In this document: positions 10,437 through 19,833 of the stretch, in pieces
Numbering within the stretch: position 1 is the first letter of the stretch
Layout of the letters: each line of letters opens with the position of its first letter
Assembly (NCBI GenBank): GCA_965227775.1
Contig: OZ245777.1
Location: 352,001 to 416,000 of the forward strand
From: Phycisphaerales bacterium
GTDB lineage: Bacteria; Planctomycetota; Phycisphaerae; Phycisphaerales; UBA1924
DNA length: 64,000 bases
Direction of reading: 5' to 3'
Made by a program: the position numbers and the translations under genes
Notes under the pieces: model-generated
Databases searched by the model: none
What the model was told of the DNA's origin: nothing
What the model saw: only the letters and a program-made list of their open reading frames with translations

Positions 10437-10937
10437 TCAGCCCTCTTCGGCCTGGTCCATGTCGAGGTTGAGCCACCACTGCGGGAAGTTGGCTCCCGTG
10501 GTCGAGTGGTACCAGCCTTCGAGCGTGTCGTCGATGAACCGGAAGAAGACAGGCTCGTCGTGGATGTGCCCGTAGCTGGAGCTCTCGAATCTGTACACGC
10601 GGCGATCGCGGACCTCATAGATCAGCACCTGCCCGGCGTCGTGGTTCTTCGAACCGCGGAATACTGCCTCCGGGAAGATCTTGCGAAACTGATCGACCGT
10701 GGTGTCCGGGCCGAGCTTGCCAAGCCGGGCACTCTCGGCCTGGCTGAAGCTGGGCACGTCCTCGCTCGAGCGAACAACGTCGGCCTGTGACTGCTGCGAC
10801 GAGGTCAGCCGCGTCTTGGAGGGCTCGTGCCGCTCGTTGCCGCTGCCAATCGAGAAAACGCAGCCCTGGGCCAGCAGTGTCGCCGCCGCCAGTCCCAATG
10901 CCAGGGTCGCTTTCGTATGCATCTTGTTCGGCTTCAT
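10437..10937 (-). CDS. Hypothetical lipoprotein
   Basis: Basic N-terminus, hydrophobic stretch and lipobox-like LAQG-C; GGGGGAAAGGAAG RBS upstream. Confidence 0.7.
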   Translation of the reverse strand: MKPNKMHTKATLALGLAAATLLAQGCVFSIGSGNERHEPSKTRLTSSQQSQADVVRSSEDVPSFSQAESARLGKLGPDTTVDQFRKIFPEAVFRGSKNHDAGQVLIYEVRDRRVYRFESSSYGHIHDEPVFFRFIDDTLEGWYHSTTGANFPQWWLNLDMDQAEEG

Positions 10938-11048
10938 GGCTCGCTTCCTTTCCCCCTCTATCGAGGACGGTGATGTGGTCGAGCCATTGTAGTGGGAAGC
11001 AAGCGAGGTTAGTTTCAACAAACTTTGGGGTGGAAGCCCAGATACTCC

Positions 11049-12803
11049 TCACACCCTAAAGATCGCCCCCATCTTCTTGCCCAGCAGGACGCTCGCCCCC
11101 ACCAGGGTGATCGTCAGCAGCGCCATGCCCCACACGCCCATGGCGCTGGCGATGTAGGGGCCGTCGCCCTGCCGGTTGCTGAACGCGTAGATGGCCCGGG
11201 TGATGGGCCAGTCGTCCTGCTTCTGGGCCAGCAGCAAACTGTCGGAGACCTCCAGCATGCTGAAGGCAAACACCAGGAGCGCGCCAGCGATGATGTTGGC
11301 CAGGATCAGCGGCAGCACCACGCTGCGGATCGCCCTCAGCCGCGTCGCGCCCAGGTTGAGCGCCGCCTCTTCCATCTCACCGCTGGTCTGTTCGAGCCCG
11401 GCCACGACCGACCGCACGATGTACGGAAGCCGGCGCACGGCGTAGGCCAGAATCAGCAGCGGGATGGGGTTCGGATTGACCCCCACCACCGAGACGACGC
11501 CGTCCAGCGGGGCGCCGATCTCGCCGAAGCCCAGGTTCAGCGTGCCGCGGAAGGGCCACGCGAGGCTCACCGCCACAAAGCCGAATGCCAGCACCAGCCC
11601 CGGCACCGCGAGCGGCAGCATGCAAAGCGTGTCGAGCACGCTTCGGCCGACCGCCCGAGTGCGCACGATGAGGTACCCCACGGTCACACCGATCGTTGCG
11701 TTGAGGATCACGGCCAACGCCGAGTACACCAGGCTGTTGGCGATGGAGCGGAACGCCGCATCGCTGCCCAGCGCCACGCCGAAGTGGGCGAGCGTCAGGC
11801 TCTTCGGCAGCACGCTCTGGTACCACTGGCCTACGCCGCTAATGCTCATGAGGATGACGCCCACGTGCGGTGCCACGGCCAGGATCGTCACCAGCAGGAA
11901 CGCGCCGGTCGCGAGCCAGCCCTTCGCGCCCTTCAAGGGCGCCTCGCTGCCCGCGCGGGTGGCACGCGTGCTCATGGCGTATCCGCGACGGCCGAATGCG
12001 AGCTTGCCCGCTGCGTAGGCGGCCAGCGATGCCGCTAGCAGCACGAACGTCAGCGCGTAGGGCCTTGCCGAGCCCTCGACCTCGCTGAGGCCGTAGAAGA
12101 TCTGAACCGCCGTCACGCGGTCGTAATCGAACATGAGCGGCGTGCCGAGCTCGGTGAACGCCCAGATGAAGACGATGGTGCCGCCGGCGAACAGGCCGGG
12201 CCTGATGAGCGGCAGCGTGATGCGCGTGAAGCGCCGCCATGGGCCCGCGCCCAGGTTCTCGGCGGCCTCATTCATGGCGGGATCGAGATTGGCCAGCGCC
12301 GCGGTCGCGTTGAGGTAGAGGATGGGGTAGAGGTGCAGCGCCTGCACGATGATGACGCCCAGGCCCTTGGCCTCGCCCATGACATCCCACTGCGTGCCGA
12401 GCAGCGTGTTGAGCATGCCCTCGCGGCCCATGATGGCCCGGAAGCCGATGGCGCCGACGAATGGCGGCAGGATGAGCGGCACAAGAACGAGCGCGCTGAA
12501 TACGCCCTTGAACGGGAATCTGTGGCGGGCCGCCAAGAGCGCCAGCGGGACGGCAATGAGCCCGCTGAGGATGGTCGTGCCCGTCGCGATCCAGAACGCG
12601 TTGAACAGGCCCTCGCGCGTGACGGGGTCACGAAACACGCGGAGGATGTGCACAATCGTCCATCCGCCGTCGCCGCCGGGGTCGCTGGCGAATCCGCCGC
12701 GGATGGTCAAGACAATCGGATAGATCAGCGCGAGCCCGAGAAACGCGATGAGCAGCACGACCAGCGTCTGCTCAATGAGCCGGCGCAGCGTCAGTGCGTG
12801 CAT
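11049..12803 (-). CDS. Fe3+-type ABC transporter permease (FbpB-like, two fused halves)
   Basis: Two EAA loops (EAAENLGA and EEAALNLGA) and many TM helices. Confidence 0.9.
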   Translation of the reverse strand: MHALTLRRLIEQTLVVLLIAFLGLALIYPIVLTIRGGFASDPGGDGGWTIVHILRVFRDPVTREGLFNAFWIATGTTILSGLIAVPLALLAARHRFPFKGVFSALVLVPLILPPFVGAIGFRAIMGREGMLNTLLGTQWDVMGEAKGLGVIIVQALHLYPILYLNATAALANLDPAMNEAAENLGAGPWRRFTRITLPLIRPGLFAGGTIVFIWAFTELGTPLMFDYDRVTAVQIFYGLSEVEGSARPYALTFVLLAASLAAYAAGKLAFGRRGYAMSTRATRAGSEAPLKGAKGWLATGAFLLVTILAVAPHVGVILMSISGVGQWYQSVLPKSLTLAHFGVALGSDAAFRSIANSLVYSALAVILNATIGVTVGYLIVRTRAVGRSVLDTLCMLPLAVPGLVLAFGFVAVSLAWPFRGTLNLGFGEIGAPLDGVVSVVGVNPNPIPLLILAYAVRRLPYIVRSVVAGLEQTSGEMEEAALNLGATRLRAIRSVVLPLILANIIAGALLVFAFSMLEVSDSLLLAQKQDDWPITRAIYAFSNRQGDGPYIASAMGVWGMALLTITLVGASVLLGKKMGAIFRV

Positions 12804-12807
12804 GAAT

Positions 12808-14058
12808 TCAGGCCTCCGCCCGAGCGGGCTGGGCGGCCAGCGACTGGCCGAGCGTCAGGATGGTGGCCGTGCCGCGATCGAAGCTCGACAGGTGCGCCCG
12901 CAACGCGTCGAGCGTCACGGCGTCGATCTCGGCGACGCGCTCTTCGAGCGTACGGCAGCGGGCCAGCTTGCGATAGTCGTTGGCCATGGCCCCCGCTCTC
13001 GCCGCTGTCGACTCGCCGCCGAACACGATGCGGCTCTTGAGCCCCACGCGGGCCCGTTCGAGCTCTTCCTGCGTCGGTGCGCCGGCGTCAGTGGCGATGC
13101 GGTCGAGCTCCGCCCGGAGCACCTCGAGCGACTCGGCTGCCCGCTCGGGCGTGGTGCCGACGTAGGCCGAAATCCAACCATTCTCACGCTCGGGCGTGTA
13201 CCCGGCGTGGACGGCGTAGCAGAGGCCCCGCTTCTCGCGCACTTCGGTAAACAGACGCCCCGACATGCCGCCACTGAGCACCGCTGTTGCCAATCGCTCG
13301 CACGCGGCCTCGGGCGTGCCATCACGCGGAGCATCGCGGACCACCATGATCTGCACCTGCGCACCATCGTCGTCGACGTGGTGCTGCCCACGCTCGGCAG
13401 CGCCCTGGGCCATCGGTTCGGCGGCCGTGCCGGTCCAGCCGTCGAGTGTGTTGTCCAGCGTTTCCTGGGCCAACGCCGGATCGACGTCGCCAGCCAGTGC
13501 GATGATGCTGCCCCGCGGGACGTAGCCGTTGTTGATGAACGCGACCGCGTCGGCGTGGGTGCAGGCCTCGAGCCCCTCACGCGTGCCATAGGTCGAGCGA
13601 TTCAGCGGCGGAGGAAGGTACCGAGCCATGGCCTCGACACCGGCCCACTCCTGCGGGTCGTCGGTCAGCGCATCGAGTTCTTGGAGCGCCAGGCTCTTCG
13701 CGGGCGCAAACGACGCGTCATCCATGTTCGGGCGCACGAGGGCGTCGGCTAGCAGCGGAATCGCGCGGGCGAGGTCCTGACCGACAAACGTGGCCGAGAG
13801 GCGGCTCGTACGGACCCCGGCATCGAGGCTGCGGCTGACACCAGCGGCATCGAGCGCGTCGGCGTGCTCGCGGCTGCTGCGCCCGCCCGCCCCGCGCTGG
13901 GCCATCTCGGCGGCAATGCCCGCGATGCCCAGCTTGCCGTCTGGTTCCGCCGCTGCACCCGCGGGAAGGGTCCAGCTCAGGGCGCAGCTCTTCACGCCGG
14001 CCATCGGTTCGACCAGCAGCACCGCCCCGCACGCCAATTCTCGGATCTCGATCGCCAT
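12808..14058 (-). CDS. M16 (pitrilysin) family peptidase-like subunit, probably non-catalytic
   Basis: GGMSGRLFTEVREKRGLCY motif; the HxxEH site is replaced by GIAAEM. Confidence 0.85.
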   Translation of the reverse strand: MAIEIRELACGAVLLVEPMAGVKSCALSWTLPAGAAAEPDGKLGIAGIAAEMAQRGAGGRSSREHADALDAAGVSRSLDAGVRTSRLSATFVGQDLARAIPLLADALVRPNMDDASFAPAKSLALQELDALTDDPQEWAGVEAMARYLPPPLNRSTYGTREGLEACTHADAVAFINNGYVPRGSIIALAGDVDPALAQETLDNTLDGWTGTAAEPMAQGAAERGQHHVDDDGAQVQIMVVRDAPRDGTPEAACERLATAVLSGGMSGRLFTEVREKRGLCYAVHAGYTPERENGWISAYVGTTPERAAESLEVLRAELDRIATDAGAPTQEELERARVGLKSRIVFGGESTAARAGAMANDYRKLARCRTLEERVAEIDAVTLDALRAHLSSFDRGTATILTLGQSLAAQPARAEA

Positions 14059-14212
14059 GGTTGGGCGCAGTTTAGCGGACGCTCGCCGCCCACGCCCACG
14101 CCCCAACCAGCCACTACGACCCGCACAGACCACCCACGATCCGTCGGAGGCGTCGGTCGGCCGCGGCGCGGGGGCGGCTACGGGTCGATTCCTTCTATTA
14201 GAGAGGTACGCG

Positions 14213-14977
14213 ATGTCGAATGGACGCTCCAGCATGCGCCGGATCGTGGACGTGGTCGCCTTGGGCCTGTGCCTGGTAGCCGGCGCCCTTGTGCTGATCC
14301 AGCAGACCCAGCGTGAGACCGTCGAGAACGTCGTCGTGCAGACGGAGCTGTCGCTTGCGCAGTTCCACTCCACGTTGAAGGTCCAGGCGACCACGCGCGG
14401 CGTGGCCGTCAATGGCCGCGGCTGGCCCAACACCATCGAGGGCTACTGGTTCGGCGACGAGCCGCCGCTGAACTACCTCCTGACCGGCGATCGCCCGTGG
14501 GTCGAGATCGCGCCTGCGGAGGACGCCGACCGCGACCACCCCGCCAACCCGGTCGCGTTCGACTTCGATGGGGAACGTGCTGCAAGCTTCTGGTATAACC
14601 CGTATCGGGGCGTGGTACGCGCAAGAGTTGCGCCCCAGATCAACGACGACGAGACGCTCGCGCTGTACAACCGGGTGAACGGGGTGTTCTTGGCAACGCT
14701 GGCACCCGACGGCGGCCTCCGCAATGCAGCGCGGGAGCGTGACGACGCCGAGCGGCTGCGCGAGATGTCCGAGCGCGTCCGCCAGATGGCCGAGTCGACG
14801 GGCGCGATCACATCAAACGACAGCGTCGTGCAGGTTCGTCGCGTCGAAGACGAGCCCGAAGAAGCGCCCCCGCCACCGCCGGAAGCGTCACACCAGAGCG
14901 AGCCCGATCCGGTATCGATCGATGAACCTGCCGAGGAGCCGAGCGAGCCTGCCGAACCGGGCGACAAACTGGCGTAA
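14213..14977 (+). CDS. Hypothetical membrane-anchored protein, possibly pilin-like
   Basis: N-terminal TM, WPNTI...WF...FWYNPYRG domain, acidic Pro-rich tail; GAGAGG RBS. Confidence 0.7.
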   Translation: MSNGRSSMRRIVDVVALGLCLVAGALVLIQQTQRETVENVVVQTELSLAQFHSTLKVQATTRGVAVNGRGWPNTIEGYWFGDEPPLNYLLTGDRPWVEIAPAEDADRDHPANPVAFDFDGERAASFWYNPYRGVVRARVAPQINDDETLALYNRVNGVFLATLAPDGGLRNAARERDDAERLREMSERVRQMAESTGAITSNDSVVQVRRVEDEPEEAPPPPPEASHQSEPDPVSIDEPAEEPSEPAEPGDKLA

Positions 14978-14995
14978 ATCGGCCCTAACGCGCTC

Positions 14996-15730
14996 TCAGA
15001 GGGGTTTTTGGGGCGCTTCATCTCGCAAGCCGATCGCATCGACCATGTCGTACAGGCCGGGCTTCTGATCTACGAGCCACGCCGCAGCGTGCAGCGCGCC
15101 GCGAGCGAACAGATCGCGTGAGTGCGCCGTGTGCTTGAGTTCGATGGTCTCGTCGGGGCCGTCGAATCGAACCGCGTGCTCGCCGACAATGCTGCCCGCG
15201 CGCACCGACGCAACACCCCGTTCGCCGAAATTCGAAGCGCCTTCATCGGCGCTTTCGATGGCCGATCGGAGCGCATTTGCAGTGCCCGAGGGCGCGTCGC
15301 GCTTGCCCGAACGGTGCCATTCGGCGATCGAAGGCGAAAAATTTTCACCCAACGCGAAAGAAATTTTTCGGACCAATTGGATGAGCACGACACACCCAAC
15401 GGACGTATTGGGCGCCACGAGCACGGGCACGTCTCCAGCAAGCTTTGAAAGCGCCTCGGTGTGTTCCTGTTGCAGCTCGGTCGTGCCGACGAGGAGCGGC
15501 GCACGACGGGTGCGCGCGAGTTCGATCGACGCGTGCGTTGCGCTGAAATGCGAGAAATCTACGATGATTTCGCGGTTTTTGCGCGCAATGTCACGTGCTT
15601 GGGTATGCGGGCGCGTCCGGTTGACGCGAGCGGCCACCTCGAAGCGACTGTCTTCCGATGCGAGCGTGTCGATGCGCGAGCCAAGAGCGCCCGATGCACC
15701 AACGAGCAGGATGGAGGCGGGTTGTTTCAT
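14996..15730 (-). CDS. dapB: 4-hydroxy-tetrahydrodipicolinate reductase
   Basis: GASGALG Rossmann motif, VDFS, VGTT, APNTSVG, EWHRSGKRDAPSGTA, HTAHSRDLFARGA. Confidence 0.93.
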   Translation of the reverse strand: MKQPASILLVGASGALGSRIDTLASEDSRFEVAARVNRTRPHTQARDIARKNREIIVDFSHFSATHASIELARTRRAPLLVGTTELQQEHTEALSKLAGDVPVLVAPNTSVGCVVLIQLVRKISFALGENFSPSIAEWHRSGKRDAPSGTANALRSAIESADEGASNFGERGVASVRAGSIVGEHAVRFDGPDETIELKHTAHSRDLFARGALHAAAWLVDQKPGLYDMVDAIGLRDEAPQKPL

Positions 15731-15930
15731 GATGATCGCTCGTGCAATGGTGAGGTCGCGGGGCTTGAAAAAATTGTGGACGAATCGGAAAGTTCTAGTA
15801 GACTACTCAAGCCGCGTGGGTAACAGACCCGATACACGCTGCGCGCGCCCTTTGTCCGCGGATTGCCCGACTCGCACATCGGCGCGTGTGGTAACCAAGC
15901 GAAGTCGGGCAACAGAGCAGGAGATTGCTC

Positions 15931-16344
15931 ATGGCGAAGAAAGCCGCAAGGAAGAAGGCCACCCGGAAGAAGGCGGCCAAGAAGACGGCCAAACGCAAGA
16001 CCACTCGCAAGAAGGCAACCCGTAAGGCCGGCGCTCGCAAGACCGCCGCCCGCAAGACCGGAACCCGGAAGAAGGCAGCCAAGAAGACCACGCGGAAGAA
16101 GGCCACTCGCAAGGCTGGTACCCGCAAGAAGGCAGCCAAGAAGACGGCGAAGAAGGCCACCCGGAAGAAGGCCACTCGCAAGAAGGCGACCCGCAAGAAG
16201 GCTGCCCGCAAGACCGGCACTCGCAAGAAGGCCGCCAAGAAGACCACCCGCAAGAAGGCGACCCGGAAGAAGGCCACTCGCAAGACTGCCGCTCGCAAGA
16301 CCGGCACTCGCAAGAAGGCCCGCCGCCGCACCGTTCGTCGCTAA
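15931..16344 (+). CDS. Histone H1-like, Lys/Arg/Ala/Thr-repeat DNA-binding protein
   Basis: AGGAG RBS; protein built almost entirely of KKATR/KKAAK/KTGTR pentapeptide repeats. Confidence 0.85.
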   Translation: MAKKAARKKATRKKAAKKTAKRKTTRKKATRKAGARKTAARKTGTRKKAAKKTTRKKATRKAGTRKKAAKKTAKKATRKKATRKKATRKKAARKTGTRKKAAKKTTRKKATRKKATRKTAARKTGTRKKARRRTVRR

Positions 16345-16437
16345 GTCGTCGTTCATGCCAGGCTTTCTCTCGGCGATCCGGCTCGTTCCGGATCGCCGAT
16401 TTCGTGCGCGCTCGCTTGTCGAAGGCAACAATCGCCC

Positions 16438-17076
16438 ATGCCAGAGGCCACCAACAGCGAGCAGCAGCACGCCAGGGCGAGGCTGCTCGCACACCTCGTA
16501 GGCGTCATGGTGTGCGAGGCGGGCGCCGAGCCCTGCAGGCTGGTCGTTGCCGAATCGGGAGGTTCGGTCACGCTACCCATGCACCACGAGTTCGACGAGG
16601 CCGGCCGTTGGTCCTTTGCCGCGCCAAAGGAACTAGACCCCGCAATCGAGCTCTCGCTCGAGCCACTGGGTTCGCCCGACGAACTGCCCGAACCAGCCGA
16701 GATCGAAGCCGACCGCTGGCTGGCGTACCACGGCTCGACGCCGCCCGCATGTCGGCTGGTGTCGCTTGCGGTCTCGTTCGCCCGGTACGCAGACGCAGAT
16801 GGGCGAACCCAGGTAGCCGAGGACATATTGACGCCCAACCCCCTTCGATCGAGCATGCCGGCGCTGTGCAAGCTCCTCAATAGCGAGAAGGCGAGGCTGG
16901 CCGAGGCGTGCGCCCGCGCTACGGGCGTGCGACCCGAGTCGCCCCTTGCAGTTGGCATCGATGAATGGGGCGTGCACGTGAAGGCCGCGTTCGACGTGCT
17001 GCGGCTGGAGTTCAGCGAGCCGGTCAGGGAAGAAGCCGCCGCGGGAGCGGCGATCGAGGGGGTGCTTGGTGGGTGA
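16438..17076 (+). CDS. Hypothetical protein, possibly HugZ/pyridoxamine-oxidase-like with a DUF2470-like C-terminus
   Basis: C-terminal VGIDEWGVHVK...LRLEF pattern resembles DUF2470; weak evidence. Confidence 0.55.
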   Translation: MPEATNSEQQHARARLLAHLVGVMVCEAGAEPCRLVVAESGGSVTLPMHHEFDEAGRWSFAAPKELDPAIELSLEPLGSPDELPEPAEIEADRWLAYHGSTPPACRLVSLAVSFARYADADGRTQVAEDILTPNPLRSSMPALCKLLNSEKARLAEACARATGVRPESPLAVGIDEWGVHVKAAFDVLRLEFSEPVREEAAAGAAIEGVLGG

Positions 17077-18322
17077 GCGGCCTGCGCACAAGCCAGCGAG
17101 CATGCGAGAAGCCCATGCGCACGTGCTGGCGCACGGGCGAGCAATGGACATGGTGCAACTCGATGCGTGCAACTCAGCACAGGAGATGCTCGACGCGATT
17201 GCTGATGGATCGGCCGGCCGACAAACCGTCCTCGCGCACGGCGCCCGGCCGGAGGCGTGGATCGAACCCGGCTGGCCGACGCTCGACCAGCTCGACCAAT
17301 CGAGCCCGGAAGCAAGCGTCGCGGCGTGGTGCTTCGACTACCACGCCATCATGTTGAACTCTCGCGCGCTCGAGGCGATCGGTGTGGGAATCGACACACC
17401 CGACCCCGAGGGTGGCCAGATCGGCCGCACGCCGGACGGCTCGCTCACCGGCGTGCTCTACGAAGCTGCCGCCGGCATGGCTTGGAGCCAGCTCGAGCCC
17501 AAGGGCATCGATCGGGACGCACTCCTGCGAGCCCTGGAGGATCTGTCTAGCCACGGCTTCAGCCACGTGCACGACCTGAAGGCCCAGCCGGGCCTGGGCG
17601 AGGCGCTCGCGGCAATCCCGTTCAAGGGCGAGTTGCACTTTACGCTGTACCCGCTCGTCAATGACCTTTCAGAAGTGCTCAAGACCCGGCGGGATTGGGA
17701 GTCCGACCAGGTTCGCCTGGGTGGAGGCAAGATCTTCGTCGACGGCACGCTCAACAGCCGCACTGCTTGGATGCTCCATCCGTTTGCCGATGGGCGGGCC
17801 GAGCACCCCGCGGGCATGCAGCTCATGAGCGACAAGGCCATCGAAGATGCGATCCGGCTGTGCGTCGGCGAGGGGCTGCAGCTTGCCGCTCACGCCATCG
17901 GCGATGCGGCGGTGCGCGCGGTGCTTGACGCGGCCGAGCGGGCGCGGGCGCCTCGGGGGTCGGTGCGAATTGAGCACGCAGAGCTCATCGACGGGGCCGA
18001 CGTGCCACGATTCGCGGAGCTTGGGGTCATCGCGAGCGTGCAGCCGTGCCACTTGCTGTACGACATCGAGGCCCTTCGGCGAGCCTGCCCCGATCGGCTC
18101 GATCGCGTATTGCCCGTGCGTGAGCTGATCGACAGCGGCCTGAAGCCGGGCCGCGACATCCTCTTCGGCAGCGACACGCCCATCGTCCGGCCCGATCCGG
18201 AGGACTCGATCCTCGCGGCGACGAATCGTGGGCGCGCTGATATGGCGCTCGAAGACGGCATCGCCCCCGGCCAGGCGATCAGCGAGGCGGAGGCGTGGGC
18301 GTGCTTTGATGCAAACACCTGA
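17066..18322 (+). CDS. Amidohydrolase family 3 protein (start uncertain, may be 17102)
   Basis: EAHAH, KIFVDGTLNSRTA, HAIGD, RIEHAE, FGSDTP motifs. Confidence 0.88.
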   Translation: MVGERPAHKPASMREAHAHVLAHGRAMDMVQLDACNSAQEMLDAIADGSAGRQTVLAHGARPEAWIEPGWPTLDQLDQSSPEASVAAWCFDYHAIMLNSRALEAIGVGIDTPDPEGGQIGRTPDGSLTGVLYEAAAGMAWSQLEPKGIDRDALLRALEDLSSHGFSHVHDLKAQPGLGEALAAIPFKGELHFTLYPLVNDLSEVLKTRRDWESDQVRLGGGKIFVDGTLNSRTAWMLHPFADGRAEHPAGMQLMSDKAIEDAIRLCVGEGLQLAAHAIGDAAVRAVLDAAERARAPRGSVRIEHAELIDGADVPRFAELGVIASVQPCHLLYDIEALRRACPDRLDRVLPVRELIDSGLKPGRDILFGSDTPIVRPDPEDSILAATNRGRADMALEDGIAPGQAISEAEAWACFDANT

Positions 18323-18328
18323 AGCGTC

Positions 18329-19708
18329 CTACGGGCAGCCGGTGACGAAGATGTTCTGGAACACGAGGAAGTCGAAGATGGTCAACTCACCGTCTCGGTC
18401 AAAATCGGCCTGGAAATCCCCGGCATCGAACAGGATCTGGAACACCAAGAAGTCGAAGAACGTCAATTCCCCATCGCCGTCAAGATCAGCCAAGCAATCG
18501 CCCGCACATCCATCGAGCCGCGCGACGTGGTTGACCTCGTCGCCGTCGATCTCGATGAAGGCACCGCCCGCGTAGAGCTTGCGTCCGCCTCCATCGTCGT
18601 AGGTGGTAAGGGCGTAGACGGGGGCCTCGAGCCCATCGCCGACGGCCGCCCACTCGCTGCCGTTCCAGCGGGCGAGATAGTTGGTCACCAGGCCGTCGGC
18701 CATGGTGAGAACACCGCCTACGAACAGTTCGGGGCCTCTGCCGGCATCGTGCACCGCCATCGCCTGCACGGCCGGAGCGGTTGAGGTCGTGCTCTGGACG
18801 CCGGCACCCAACGGCTGCCATTCCCGGCCATTCCACTGTGCGATGTTGGTCAGTTGCAGAGCGCTGCCGCCGGCGGGACCATCGAAGTCGCCCCCGGCCA
18901 CGAGCACGGGCCCGGTACCGTCGTCGTACACCGCCAGCGACACGACCGCCGGCCGCCCGCTAACTTCCGTCAGCCCAGTTCCGACGGGTGACCAAGCGTC
19001 GCCATCCCAGTGTGCGATGTTGAAGGCTGTCTGCCCGCCCGCGACCGAGAATCGACCGGCGGCGTAGAGCGCGGGCCCGGTGCCGTCGTCGTGCACCGCC
19101 ATCGCCCTGACCGCACCGGTGACGCCGCCGCCAACGTCCGACCACGCGAGCCCGTCCCACCGAGCGATGCCCGTAACGGGCACGCCCCCCGCGGCGGTGA
19201 AGACCCCGCCAACGTACAAGGCCTCACCCGAGCCGTCATCAAACACCGCCATCGCGACGGCCGTGTCGTCGTCGGGATCGAAGCCGCCACCCACCGGCTC
19301 CCATCCAGTGGCTGGTGTCCACTTGGCGATGCGTTCTGCGGCTGCGCCGCCGGCCTCGAAGAAGCTGCCGCAGGCGTAGAGCGCGGGCCCGGAGCCGTCG
19401 TCGTAGACCGCAAGGTCGCGGGCCCCGGAGAACCACAGCCCCTCACCAAGGGGCGACCATCTCGCGCCGTCCCACTTCGCCACGCCGTACGCGACCCCGC
19501 CGCCAGCCTGCTGGAAGTCTCCTCCAGCGTACAGGGACGGTCCCGTGCCATCGTCGTAGACCTCGAGCGTCTGGACGCTGGGGTCGAAGCCGCCCTGGGT
19601 CCCGCCGCCGAGGCCGGACCACGTGCAATCCTGCCCGGCAGCAACTCCTCCGAGCATCGCGAAAACCAAAACGCCCGAGCACACTCGACGCCGATCGGTG
19701 GTTCGCAT
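18329..19708 (-). CDS. Secreted beta-propeller repeat protein with GC-type dockerin-like tail
   Basis: About 7 repeats of 'AVYDDGTGPALYAGG.F..AGG....IARWDG..WS..G.G'; C-terminus CLADLDGDGELTFFDF...FVTGCP. Confidence 0.85.
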   Translation of the reverse strand: MRTTDRRRVCSGVLVFAMLGGVAAGQDCTWSGLGGGTQGGFDPSVQTLEVYDDGTGPSLYAGGDFQQAGGGVAYGVAKWDGARWSPLGEGLWFSGARDLAVYDDGSGPALYACGSFFEAGGAAAERIAKWTPATGWEPVGGGFDPDDDTAVAMAVFDDGSGEALYVGGVFTAAGGVPVTGIARWDGLAWSDVGGGVTGAVRAMAVHDDGTGPALYAAGRFSVAGGQTAFNIAHWDGDAWSPVGTGLTEVSGRPAVVSLAVYDDGTGPVLVAGGDFDGPAGGSALQLTNIAQWNGREWQPLGAGVQSTTSTAPAVQAMAVHDAGRGPELFVGGVLTMADGLVTNYLARWNGSEWAAVGDGLEAPVYALTTYDDGGGRKLYAGGAFIEIDGDEVNHVARLDGCAGDCLADLDGDGELTFFDFLVFQILFDAGDFQADFDRDGELTIFDFLVFQNIFVTGCP

Positions 19709-19833
19709 TCTCGATGCCCTCCCTCTGTTAGAGATACGGCGTTCTACGAAACCATGTTGCGGCTTTCCAGATATCCAAACACGATCCAATCAGTTGGATT
19801 CGGAGGCGCACGACCGCTCCCTAGACTTGCTGC

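Noticed and set aside
15727..16501. Alternative-frame and antisense ORFs over the histone-like gene
   Set aside because: Produced by the stop-free repeat; only 15931-16344 has an RBS and plausible composition
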